Assembly: GCA_003427395.1 (NCBI GenBank)
Contig: BFEA01000018.1
Coordinates: forward strand, 5,506,808-5,570,807
Direction of reading: 5' to 3'
Source of the DNA: Chara braunii
Lineage: Eukaryota > Plantae > Charophyceae
DNA: 64,000 nucleotides
Below, piece by piece: positions 24,601 to 37,398 of this stretch (its first letter is position 1; the number at the start of each line of letters is the position of its first letter). The translations under genes were made by a program, and so were the position numbers. The notes under the pieces are model-generated. The model made no database searches, had not been told where the DNA came from, and saw nothing but the letters and a program-made list of their open reading frames with translations.

Positions 24601-27600
24601 ATCCTTCCAACAATTCATTTCATTCGCTCCAGTTATCTGAGACTGACGTCATCGAGCGCATTAGCTCCCGCCTTTTTCGTAAAAGAGGAGAGTCATATCG
24701 GCCATGTCACGCAAGAGTTAAAACAAAATCAAACCAATTAAAAAACAACTTGGGGACAACGCAAAATTGCTTTGCAGACTGTCGAGTCGAACGTGCTTGC
24801 GTTGTCACCTCGTCGCTCCAACTGGGTGCGCCAATTGTACTTTCGATGACCCCCTACGAAAAGATAGGTTCCAGCGGGGAACAACTTGTCTTCCCTAAGG
24901 GGTTGTCACCACCCTTAGGGTTGTACCCCTACCGAGTTACTGACCCACGTACGAAAGTTTTTAAATGCAATTGCAGAGGTAGGTCGGTCGATGGTATTTG
25001 CTTGTTCGTTGAAGTATATATACGCTTTGTTAAAATGTCGTCTGAACCTACGTCGTTCATTTCCTAAGGCTTCGATCACCTAAGTAAAAACTGACGTCGG
25101 TCGACGAGGATAGTCTCAACCAAGCGTGAAACGTACAAATAATCATAGTTTTTTTACAACTCTCTAAAGACGAAACAAATAACATCATTACACCTTATAT
25201 ACAATCGCACAAGATCAGTTCGGGTCGCGTCGGAAAGAATGTCAAATTGACGCAGAAACCAACCCTAATCAGTTTTTGACTTGATGGGATGATCTCCCAA
25301 CGTTATTTTTCTCATCCTACGTGACTGAAAAGACTTTTATATTGTCGTTTTCGAGGCGGAGGTCATTTATCGACGAAACGATTTTAAAAATGGCAACTTA
25401 GTACGTGAGGTATGGGTGGGTCCATCGACATGTTTTGATGACCTCATGTCCATTGTAGTCTTACTAATTGAGACATACAAACATGACTCGTATGTCAGAT
25501 GCATGAGTTGCGTTTCGGACGGTTCTAGAGGAAATTCGGCATAATCGTTATGTTCTTCTTTGCGCAACTCCAGAATGATATCGCATGATGTGGGTTGGTT
25601 AATTATAAATAAATGATGATTAAACTCAAAGGTGTACTTCATCTTCCATTTCGGGTTTGCGCTTCTTTTGGCTCGAACCTCTCCACGACTGTGACGCTTA
25701 TGCTCATCCGCGTTGAGGACTGGTTTCCTTTCTAGAGTGGAGTTTCTTATGTCACTGGCCTTTCATTCCAATAGTGGTTCCTAACCTGGTCACTCCAAAG
25801 GTTATTAAGTCAACTCCCTTCTGCACAAGACTCAGGGAAAACTAAAAATCTCGCTTCAGCAGTTGCGCGCCCACCTTCTAGGAAGTGGTTTGCGGTATTC
25901 CTCCCCATTCGATCAAAAAACTCGGATCTCAGAAGTCGGACTGTCTCCACCAAATCTGCAGTGTGCATTCTCATAGAACGGTCCACTCTGGATCGATAAC
26001 AGGGTCGCCTCCTAGAGCAACGAACCCCCGCTAAGATGTTTCCTAGAGAAAGAGTGTGTCCACCACTAAAAGACTTCAGTTGTTCTCGTCCTCCCTTGCC
26101 CAAGGCAACTTGGATGAAAAAGGAAAAGGAAATTGACAGGGAACCAAAAAGAAGATGGACATTCAGGATAGAACCGGATGCCTTGGGATGAAAACTAAGT
26201 TCATACTAATTCTCTTGACTTAATTGACCTGTCTATGAATTTATTTTCATGGAAGTACTTTATTTCTCCATACATTTAGTCTGGTTGTCATAACATCCAT
26301 CAGGTAAAAATGTCGATGAAAAGCTGCTCACTCAAGATATCAAGGTTATGCAGATAGATTGTCTTCCGCACAATTAATTTTCCTACCTGCACTTTCATGC
26401 AATCTAAGACAAAGAGAAACATCCACAATCCACTTCCTAGGTCATACATTGTCTAGTCACACAGGAACACACCTTTGCAAAGAACAAGGTCAAACAAGTG
26501 TGGGTTCATATAGACGTGAAGGGAACCTGAGTCAAAACCGACCTTTAGTAGTTGACGATGCTGCAACGCCCTGACTCACTTAAGAAAGCTAAGTAGAAAA
26601 TATAGATGTCACATAGTGAAACCTCGGCCTCAAAATGCTCTATATAAAAATTAACTTGTGCCACAACATATCGTGGTCAGTGTCGCGCTCCAAAATAATA
26701 AACCATGCGTTTTCCGCTGACCAAACCAACTCTACAAAACGGCAATGTCGGGCCTAGGTACAAATTTGGCCCAATAAACGTTCAGCGGCGCCTCCACTAG
26801 ACCACCATAGCTTACGCAAATGACTGTCGCCACACGTATACTATCCAAAAATAAAACAGCAATACTGTACACTACGATCGGCCACTACGTCTCACCACCA
26901 CCAACAACCTTTGCATCATCAACCAGACAACACTCCTCTGTCGTACCATAAAAAAAAATATTATCGTGCCACAATTTCAGCAGGACGTTACGGCAAAAAA
27001 CCAGCAACATAACCCTATAAAAAAGCCTTGACGTCGAGGCGGCAATTCAGCAGCACCTTCCCTCAGGAAGGCCTTGACATTGCGGCAACAATCCAGCAAC
27101 ATTCTGCCCCCAAACTTTGTTGTCGACGTGTCGACGATTCGACAGCATAACCCTGCCACAAATAATGGTCGCCACCGCCCCATAGTAATGTCAGCAACAT
27201 AACCCCCCTTCATAAACCTTCATGCTGCTACCGAAAAAATCCGACAGCATTTCCCCTTGATGGCGCGACAAAACTTCAGCAGCGCCTCCCCTTAGGGGGG
27301 TCTTGCAAACGAGGCAGCAAAACGACAGCATCATCCCTTGACATCGTGGCCGAGGGTCATAGTTATAGCTATGGCTAGCCCCACCTCCATGCAGACCTCC
27401 GGTAAGAATGTCCCTTGGCTATGGTTGGCCTCCTCCTCTAGCTTCCTGCAGTCCTCTCATTCCTCCAGCAGGTCATCCTTCAGCTCCCTCCGCATCTCCC
27501 TCGACAACTGGCCAGCACTCAACCAAATGAGTGTGGGCAGCACTTCCAGAAGTGTGAGGCAGTTGTAGGAAACAGGTGCCTTTTATAATTGCTGAGGGGG

Positions 27601-30139
27601 AAAAGGAGCAACCTCTTTGCCCACTGATTAAAATTGGGCTCGGTCTGGGCCTATGATAAGAAATCAAGATCACTTCAGATGTTGACTGGCTTTTTGGTGG
27701 GAATTGCTCGTTCTTAAGGGAGTGGTGCTTCGTTAGGGGGCTTGTCCTGAGCTGGGGTCAATAAGGGGAAGAAGGGTCACCTCTTGACGGGGGCAGCTCA
27801 AGGACAGGAGGGAGGGGGTTCTGATCAGAGTGAGGGCAAATCTGTTTTTTTTCATGATGGCGAGGTGTTCTCCTCTCTTTTCCCCTTTGTCCCGCGGAGA
27901 GAAGGAGTGGAGGGATGAGGTGGTTTTAGGGTTGTCCTCGGGTGGTTGTTCCAACATGGAGAGGGTTGGGAGGGGGGTTGGGGGACCGTTGTTCTGCGGG
28001 GACAGGCTTTTGGTGGGAACTGCTTGTTTTTTAGGGAGCGGTGGTCTATTAGGGGGTTTGTCCTCAGTTGGGGTCATCGAGGAGAAGGGGTACCCTCTTG
28101 ACGGGGGCAGCTCAAGAAAAGGAGGGAGGGGTTTGGCAAGAATGAGGGCAATGGTATTTCTCTTCACAATGGAGAGGTGTTGTCTTCTCCTTTCCCCTCT
28201 GTGTTGTGGAGAGAGCGGGAGGGTAGCTTCAAAAACTCCCGCCTCTACTCCTTTAGGTTTTCTTTTATTTTTCCAAGAGGTTGGTCAGAGATTTGAATTG
28301 GGGCCTCATGGGATGGCCAACTAGAGCATCTTGTAGAGTTCTGTGGGATTCGTTTTGAAGTAGGGGGCAAGGGGCATAAAATGATTCCTTGCAAGGATGG
28401 AGAGGGGGATGAAATAGGGTTGCTTGACGGGTACCAGCTAGGGGGAGCTCTTATCAGATGTGATTGGCGTTGGATAATTTAGGTTGTCTAATGGGTACCG
28501 GCTGATGAGGGCGAACTTTGGCCCGATTGGCGTTGGGTAGCGTTGGTTCACCTCCTTGAGGACCGAGACTAATTCCAAGGTGATGATGGTGCTCGCCCCC
28601 TGCTGAGATCTGGTCCTCTGGATTTTTTCACGAGGACAGAGTTTGGGAGGACAGATGGGATTTAGATAGACGAAGTTGGGATGGATAAGATTGGCACCGC
28701 GTATCTCGGGGGGTACCGGCCACTGGCCACTAACTTCACCAGGATCAGCTTGAGGTTCTTCCTTTCGATGACGGAGGCAGGACTGTTCTGGTTGTCTGTC
28801 TCAAGGGTTGCATGTTCTTCAAAATTTGATCTATCTTGGTTAGCTCGGAGTTAATTCATTGGCTTTTGCATAGTTCTTTTCATTTTCATTACTATCAAAG
28901 GGTGTTCCCTACTCAGTTAATCTCCTAGATTCCAGAGTAATCAATGCTGGCAGGGGGAGGTCTTCTCAACTTTTCTCAAAAAAAAGATCCTTGTTGAAGT
29001 TATAAATGTCCTTATGGGACGCTGGACCCAGTTTCCAGCACGTGCTGCTCCCCACGAATAGATTGGAGCATTTGTTTGAAAAAAAAAAAAAAAAAGTTTC
29101 CCCTAGGGAAACTAAGGCCCGTCAACTTTTAATGCACCCGGCTTTTTCCCCAGCTCGTGTGCATCAGTCTTTCCTTGCCGTGTTGCTCTAAGCACAACAA
29201 CTCTCCCTACTATGCACCTTTCATGGCTCACGGCCAGGTTCGTGCCCCTCCCCCTGTTGCTTCCTGCCTGCTGCACGTTCAGGAGGGGACTACCGAATCT
29301 GGCTGAACACAAAGCCAGAATAAAAAAGAACAAAACCCCAAAAAACTTGAAAAAAGAAAGAAAGGAAAAAGGAAAGAAAGGAAAAAAAAAGAAAAAAAGA
29401 AAAAAAAAAACACTAACTTTGTTTTCTAGTGGGGTCGCCCCACGAACTGGTGAAACGGAGGCCCAAAGTCGAATCCAATTGCGACCAGAAAACAGAGATG
29501 GGGGACCTCCCTTGCATTTGCTGCTTGTTTTCAAGGCCCCCAGGCCCTGCCAATCAAGGCAGGGCAGCTCGTGGTGTTGTTGGGCAGCCACGAACTGTTG
29601 AAGTGCAAACACAAGTTCAAATCCATATGCATTGAGGCGCAGCCTCCCCCACGCGCCACGCCACAAGGCCTCGTGGCCTTTCAAAATAAGAGGAATAATA
29701 AGAAACAGGGAAGAAAAAAAAAAATCACTTACCTGCTTCCAACCCTACCAACGAGGCGGGGCATTTCGTGGGGCTATTGGGCACACACAAATTGATGACG
29801 TATACAATCAAGTTTGAATCTAGTTGCAGCTAAGGGCTGGGTGGGGCGGCGCAACTCTGCACTTGCTGCAGTAGTGGAGCATGCCCACCCAATATGCAAA
29901 ATGAGAATGAATCTTCTCTTGGAACAGGGAAAGATACGTTAAGATCTTTCAGCTACAACCCATCCTCGTTCAACAAGAAATGGGGGGGGGGTATTTAAAA
30001 AAAAAAAAAAAAAAAAAAAAACTCTTCCCAAAAAAGATAACCCTAGCGTCGGAAAAACGGGCGTCTATAACCTTTATTCTAGAAGTTGCAGCTCCCAGTC
30101 TGCGTCATCACGCCAACTGGCATGTTCCAACTAGGCCTC

Positions 30140-30171
30140 GTTGTCGTTGTTGTTGTTGTTGTTCTTGTTGG

Positions 30172-30208
<37 letters not shown>
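30140..30208. repeat. (GTT)n microsatellite
   Basis: Direct inspection. Confidence 0.9.
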
Positions 30209-30209
<1 letters not shown>

Positions 30210-33200
30210 TCTTTTCTTTTGGTCGTTGGCTTACACAAATGGCTGCCTCCCTAGTCGTGGTACCCCCCCGTACTATTGAAATACAAATCCAAGTTCGAGT
30301 CCTCAGAGACTCGAGAGAGGAAAAATAAAAAAAATTGAACCCTCTCTCGATTTTTGCGTGCCATCCTTGCAGAAGCGCCATGCGATTTCGTGTCGCGCAA
30401 CTGTTTTTGACCGTGTAATCTTGCCAATCGCGCAACCGAAATTGGTCGCGCCTTATTTCCCCTATCCGCGGTTGCTCCATCAAAAGAAGTTATCCCAGCT
30501 TCGGGCTCATGTAGACTCGATCCTGGTATCCTCCATGTGAGAGTCTCGTGCGCTTACCTGCTGGGTTAGCTCCTACTACGATTGTAGTATGTAGTAGGAG
30601 CAACTTTTCTACAAAAAGAGTTTGCCACTCTCCATAGGCCGCACATCTAGGCTCAACAGACTAAGCCTGACCCAACCATATAACTCGGTTTGTCGCTCGT
30701 CTGCAATGGCCGAGCACTCAGCTCAACGACTAAGCATCTAACCCCCACTATTCCTTAGTCGGCTCGCGCTCGGCCTTAACCCATAATACTAAGGTCGGGC
30801 ATGAACCTTTTCTTAATTAGTCAGCTTGTTGCTGGTCAATCCCGATTTGTGTGGCCATCTTTTCCCACTGCCTAGGCTCCGAACCGCACAACTGCTACTA
30901 AGCCGCCGGTCCCTACTTTGGATGGCATAATTTTAGATTTAGCGTTTCATTGGTCACGCATCCATGCGGGCAAGCCATAATGGAATACAACTGATCACAC
31001 GGTCGGCCATCACCCACCATTTTTCGGACGTCGGCAGACATCCGGACCTGAGTTGAATAAATTTTTCGTAGGCCTTTCAACCGCAGGTCAAGTTCGAGTA
31101 GGCTTTCGACAGATAAATCTCATCAAGTTATGAAAGTCGAACAACTTTGTTACAGAAGTCGGACATCGTCCGACATTTAAAAATGCTGGGCAGATAACCT
31201 TGTCAGGGTTTCCGCCCCGATAACGGCACCTTGAAATTTTCTGGCTTGTTGAGTCATTCATGGCTCTTGATAGCAAATTGAAGCTGCATGCGGCTTCAAC
31301 ATTTGAAGGAGATCGATTAATCAATGAAAGCAAATACTGGATAGATGATAGTTGTTTAGTAGTTATATGGCCTCTGCTTTCATCTCTTCTGAAGTCCTGG
31401 TGCCTTAAGTTTTGCTTGGAATAATGTTAGTTCTTGTCCTCCTTGCGATAGTAGCCGGTTGGTTGCCTGCAACAATTATCATGTTATGGCTAGATTTACT
31501 CACCTTGGTGATGAGATCGAAAGGTTTTTACCGAAAAAGGTCGGCGGGCATAGATAAAGCGTTAAAAAAAAAAAACTTCAATTTATTGAATAAGACTCTG
31601 TTTTGAGAGTGATAAATTTGATTATTGCAAACACCTTCCGGAAAAAGTCAGCGGGGTCGTCGGGGTACCTTTATGGTGTGCAAATGAAATTACCTTCACG
31701 CAGCCTCATATTCTTTGTCGCTCCGAGCTCTAAGGATTTTTGGCAATGCCTTTATCATAGTAAATACTTGAGACTTGGTCAATCATTTCTTGACATTCGG
31801 CGGACCAAGCAAATCACATAATCGCATGTCAACACGATTAGTATCATTAGCGAAGGTCTTAGCCTCATCCTTTCCAGATCCATATAGGGTGTCAAGCTAG
31901 ATGGATCATCTTGGCTCTCATAAATAAGTCAATTTGCCTACTCCAAGACGAGGCTTGGTAAATTTGATGCAACCGTTCAATTTCAATTGTTGCAGCTTCG
32001 CATTTTGGGGTCAACTATTGGATCATTTTTATGAACAGTCTATTTTTGTCTCGTCCATTGCACCTAGATCCTTGCAATCTAAGTCTGAAAGGCTGCTAGA
32101 ATACCTTCTGATGAGGTAATTGGACTTTTGCCTTTTCTTGAGAGCAGTCTTTTGAAGTAATGTTTCAAAATCACCTTCTGACAGTTGATCCTTATCAATA
32201 CCAATACCCAGTTTTTTTCCCTTGTTGGATTTTTCCATAGGAAGGCCGACCTTGATAATGATGATGGATGCTGGAAAAGGAGGCTCGGTGGTATTATTTT
32301 TTTTAACCTCGAAAAAAACATCTTTGAGGTTTATTTATGGTTCAGAGAGATTCTTGAGAACAAGGGATGGATAGTGGTCCCCACAAAGATGTCGACTCCT
32401 CTGGATTTAACGAATGCCTTCGTGAAAACGCTCATCTGGAGTTCTGTAAAAACTAAAATTAATAAAAAACCGATATTTTTTTGTTACTTAAAAAAAAAAA
32501 ATTCAACGGCTTCAAAAAATACGAGCATCTTTCTCAACCATTTGCTAAGAAGCGTCGAGTAATATGGAGGCTGCATTCACCCGGCGTGGACGGTCATATG
32601 AGTCCACATAGATCCGTGTGCATGACCCACGGTCGATGTATGGGCAAGCTACTGGTGCTTTAAACTTTCCCTTCCTTTCCCACATGACAGACGCATGCCC
32701 AACGCATCGAGTTTTGTGGGCGCATTTGTCTGTCACCATCCAAATTAATCTTTTGCGTCACTAGTTTTTGTATTGCTAAAATTTGTTAGCAACAAACTGG
32801 TGGTTTAAAGTCAGGATTTTACTCTTTTACATCATTAATCCAAAGTTATTTTGCAGAGGGCTAAATATGAAGTCAAAATTTTCAAAGATTTGAAGCATTT
32901 ATCATAGAATATGCCTCCAGAGTTGGAAAACATTTTTCCCTACGTGCTTTGTACTGCCAACATACAGTTCTTGCTGAAAGACTTCGTAGTCTAAGAGATA
33001 CGGATGCTCAATATCAAACATGAATTGAGATGGAGGTTATCGACCCTTAAGAAGGGGTTTTGCAGCCAATAACTAGATGAGCAGGTGGCAAACAACTTTC
33101 CTTCCTCCTTCGAAACCCCTTAAGGACGAATATTTTCCTCTATATAGAGTTGGTAAGCGATCATTAAAGAAAGCTCATACAGTTATTCCTTAAAAAAAAA

Positions 33201-33390
33201 TAGGTACGAACCTCTCATTTTCCTCTTTCCCCTTCTCCTCTTCCAACACACCCTAAATAAATTCATAAATCTATTGAGGCAAGGTTTATTGTTTTTTAAA
33301 ATCAGGAGTAATCTCAAAACCTCCTTCGTGAGCTTTGAAACGCTTGAAAAATAAAATTTCTTCATTAGTACAATGATATATATATATATA

Positions 33391-34430
33391 TAGGGTGGTC
33401 GGCGTTCGGGACGGACCAAACGTCCGAACGGAACGCCTGAACGTACGGGCCCCCTTGGGAATGCGTTCAACCGTTCGGGCTGAACGTGGACAAAAAAAAA
33501 AAAATAATAATAATAAATTTAAAAAAAACTAAAAACAATCTGCAAAAAATATATGTTATACAAAAACATAAACCAAACAACATTTGTCTGAGAATTACAT
33601 CCAAATTCCTTACCAATTTTTAAAAAAACAAAAAAAATACGAATAAGAAAAATAAAAAGAGAAATTAGCTAGGCTACCAAAGTGGTATGGGCCCCAAAAG
33701 AAATAAAAAGAAGAAAAAAATTAAAATTATTTTTTAATTAAAATTTTTATTTTAAATTTGGTAAAGAATTTTTATGTGACCATGATGCAAAAGTTGTTCA
33801 GTTTATTTTTCTGCATAACATAATTTTTTGCGGATTTTTTTTTTTTTTTTTTTTTTTTTTCCTCCAACCTTCCATAGTCCTCGCACGGTCGGGCCGTCCG
33901 GGAAAATAGGGTGACCCGGGCGGCCCGACTGGTAGCCTAGGAAATTAGAGATTTAAAATTAGTGAGTGTGCAAGCTCGTTTTCGACACCACCATCTTTGG
34001 CGATTTTTTTTTTTTTTGCATAGCCAAATGCCCTGCAACTATACATATGTGTACTTTACATAGAACAAAAGTCATGCAAAAAGTTTCCAAAACTAAAAAA
34101 ATATTTGAGGCATCAAAATAAAATCACAACAAAAAGTGAAAAGTGAAAGAAAAAAAAAAGTAGATGAGCACGTTTTAACACCGCCATCTTTGGTGATTTT
34201 TCATTTTTGTTTGGCTAAACAAAATGCCTTAAAACTTTATATGCGTGTAGCGCATGTCCTAAAAAAACTACAAACAAAACTTCAAAAAAATATATACATA
34301 TATAGATACAGAAATATTTTTTTGGCGGGGGACGAACCCCTTTATGTTCGGCCCCCGAACAGGACCCCGAACGCCCAAACATTCAGGGGTCAGGCCGGGG
34401 GCCCCTGAACGTTCGGCCTGGTAACAATGT
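33391..34430. mobile_element. hAT-like non-autonomous DNA element (copy A) in a TA microsatellite
   Basis: Left end TAGGGTGGTCGGC, GTTCGG/CCGAAC subterminal repeats, flanked by (TA)n. Internally homologous to copy B. Confidence 0.55.
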
Positions 34431-34532
34431 ATATATATATGGCGTTCAAGACACGCCGACCGCCCGAACCTGAACGCCCGAACGTTTGGCACCCCCTCTC
34501 GACGCGTTCGGTCGTTCGGTCGAACGCGAACC

Positions 34533-34564
<32 letters not shown>

Positions 34565-36247
34565 AAAAAATATGGGTTGCAATTCAAAAATACATTTAAA
34601 CTATAAACGAAGGAAGATAATAACAATCGAGAACAAAAATATTATGTTGAACCATGGATGTGAAAATATATATATACCGTCGCTACTCGGGGTCATGTGA
34701 TTGTCTCTTCTCTTAAATTTAAGAAAACCAATTATGATAGTTATTTGGGGGCTTTGCCTCATTAGGATTTCGATAACCTATTCATTATAGTTTCAACAAT
34801 GATGGAACTATTTTTGTATGGGTTATACTAATAATGACCCTAACAGGTCATAGTCAAAGTGAGGCTCAAAGGGGAAGGGAAAGGAAGGGAAGTGAAGGAA
34901 AAATGTTAGCAATCATTTCGCCAGACATTTGTATCGAACTCTTATCTCAGTAATACATTACCTTGAGGCATTGAACAAATTATCACAAGTACAAACATAA
35001 CATAAATTATCTTGATTTCACATAAAATAAATTATCATAACTTCAAGGTATAAAACAAAGTATCGTAAAATTATGGCACAAAGAAAAATATCCTAAGTTG
35101 AAAAAATGAGACAAATTACCCTTGTTTCTCAATAAAGTGTTTAATAACTAGGAAGTTTTTCATGCCCGGTTGGGCACCCGGGTGTGACGCTCGGGGGGGT
35201 CTGACGCCCGGGGTACTCGAGCGTGCAAAAAAAAAAAGAAAAAAAGAAAAAAAATATTGTATNAAAAAAAAAAAAAAAAAAAAAAAAACTCTAAAAAATA
35301 TGTATGTTATGCAGAACAATAAACTGAACAACATTTGTCTCAACGTTACGTCCAAATTCGTTACCAGATTATACGACCTTTGTTTTTTTCAGAGTATATT
35401 AGATTGCTTTGGCTTTGAGAGATCGATTATCAAAAATTTCGTAAAAGAAAAAAAGAATTCATAATGGTTCTTAGTCCACATGAACAATTTGCTATTATTC
35501 CATTGATTCCTTTTCATATAGGAAACTTGTATGTATCTGTCCTATGTTGTAGAGTATATAACTTCGGTCATAAGGATCAATTTCTAATCTCATAGCCTCA
35601 TAATAATTCAGTAGCGCTTCTGCATATTCTCCTTCAGCTTGAGCGGACATTCGTCATGATCGATTTTTCAAAGAAAAACTCCGTTTCAAAACCATACATG
35701 AAACTTACATTTCATACGGCTTCCCCCTTGAAATTTGTTTCTAGATTGAAATCAATTTGGAATTAGTGTTTTTGAAATAAAAATCAAATACTAAAAAAAA
35801 AACAATGATAATGAAAATTACTAGGCTACCAGTCGGGCCGCCTGGGTCCCGGGTGGCCAGCCCGTGCAAGGACCACGGAAGGTCCCAGCCAAAATATAAA
35901 AACAAAATCCGAAAAAAAACTATGTTATGCAGAAAAATAAACTGAACAACTTTTGCCTCAGGGTCAGATCGAAATTTTGCACCAAATTTAGAATAAAAAA
36001 TAATGTTTTTCTTTTTTATTTTAATTTTAAATTTTTAATTGTTTTTGGCCCGGTCGGGCAAGTGACCCCGGGTCACTCTGGTAGCCTACAAAAATTAGAA
36101 AAAATAAATGAGAATGAAATTATTGAGTGGCCCAGAGTGGGCTAGCACGTTTTTTGACACTGCCATCTTTAGCGATTTTTCATTTTTGTTTTTTGACAAA
36201 TGTCATGAAAATGTGTAGATGTGTATTTTACATAATATAGAATCTCT

Positions 36248-37340
36248 TGCAAGGAATATGAGTGTGAACGATATATAGAAAACCAAGTTGTGAAATCACA
36301 CAGATCTCCAGGTAGTCGTATTCAAGCAAAGAGTACAATATGCATCGAGAAACCATCCATATAGAGCAATACAATGAAGTAATGAGCCGATGTTCAAACC
36401 CATAGGCCACACCAACACAATATCCAAAGTCGCTCCTCTCTGTCTAGCGCCCAGCGCCCAACCTACTCTGCTGGACTATCCTACCTACATTTGGTTCACA
36501 CAAGAGGCTCACTTCGACTCTCAAAGACCAATGTACATGACTGTCAACTCCATAGCCGATCTCTCTTCATGCACCAGGTACGTATCTCGTCACCCTCAAT
36601 TAGACCTTGATTACCCCACACTCGCCTCCTTCCCGGAAGACCACCCGATCGCCCGCATTACCCCCTGGTGCCCAGCTGCCCGGCTATGGCTGCTTGTGCC
36701 CCGTTGCCACCCCACCTCACCACTACGCGCCCCATCAGCGCCCTTGGCAGCAGCGCAGCATCAAGCGAAAGCACAGCAGCACTTCCGCATTGCCTGTACT
36801 GGCCAGAATGTCTGGCCTGGGCTGCCTCACTTCTTTTATGGAAGTGGCAGCCTCTTGGATGTTGCGTGTGGCCTGGCTGGAAGCTTCCAGTAGCTTCCAG
36901 TTGGGCCTCAGACCCTGTGCCCAGGCCCGAGTCTACAGTTGAGGGTCTGGGCCCTTTTCAGTTGGGCACGACCAGAGTCTCTGAACTTGGTTGTTGGCTG
37001 CATCTGTGCAGGGCTCCCAGGCAGGTGCGTTGGCAGTACTGCTTTTCCAAAGGCCAATGGCCTGCTTCCCACTGTATCAGCCCTGCTTTGTGTGTATGTG
37101 CCCAGGCGCAACTGTCAAGGCCTGGGCCAACTGTATGACGCAACTTAGTGAGGCTCATGCGTCTACCCAACCAACTGGCGTGTTGCAAGAGTCTGAATAC
37201 CCAAATATGAAAATGTCGAATTTTGGCATCTGACGATTATTCAGGCCCGTCGTCACTTAGGGCGGGCCCTCGGCTTGCTGGGGGCCTTAGCCCAGAACAT
37301 GTGATGTATGATAGGGCCCCTTGAGGGCTTGTTCCTCACA
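36248..37340 (-). repeat. 3' LTR of element 2
   Basis: TGCAAGG...CCTCACA on the plus strand. The PPT reverse complement TTCCATCCCCCTT follows at 37341. Confidence 0.95.
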
Positions 37341-37398
37341 TTCCATCCCCCTTAGCTTCGAAAGTCCGTTGAGATGCTTTATGTTGGTGCCTTCCCCT

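Noticed and set aside
24640-25030. Possible LINE RNase H relic on the minus strand (IYFNE.., GANALDD)
   Set aside because: Motifs are too degenerate to support without a profile search.
28502-28530. CTGATGA followed by a GGGC/GCCC stem (hammerhead-like)
   Set aside because: GAAA box is absent (GATT) and there is no helix I or III.
31080-33330. Possible decayed coding region
   Set aside because: Short AT-rich ORFs with no motif I can recognise; a translated HMM search would be needed.
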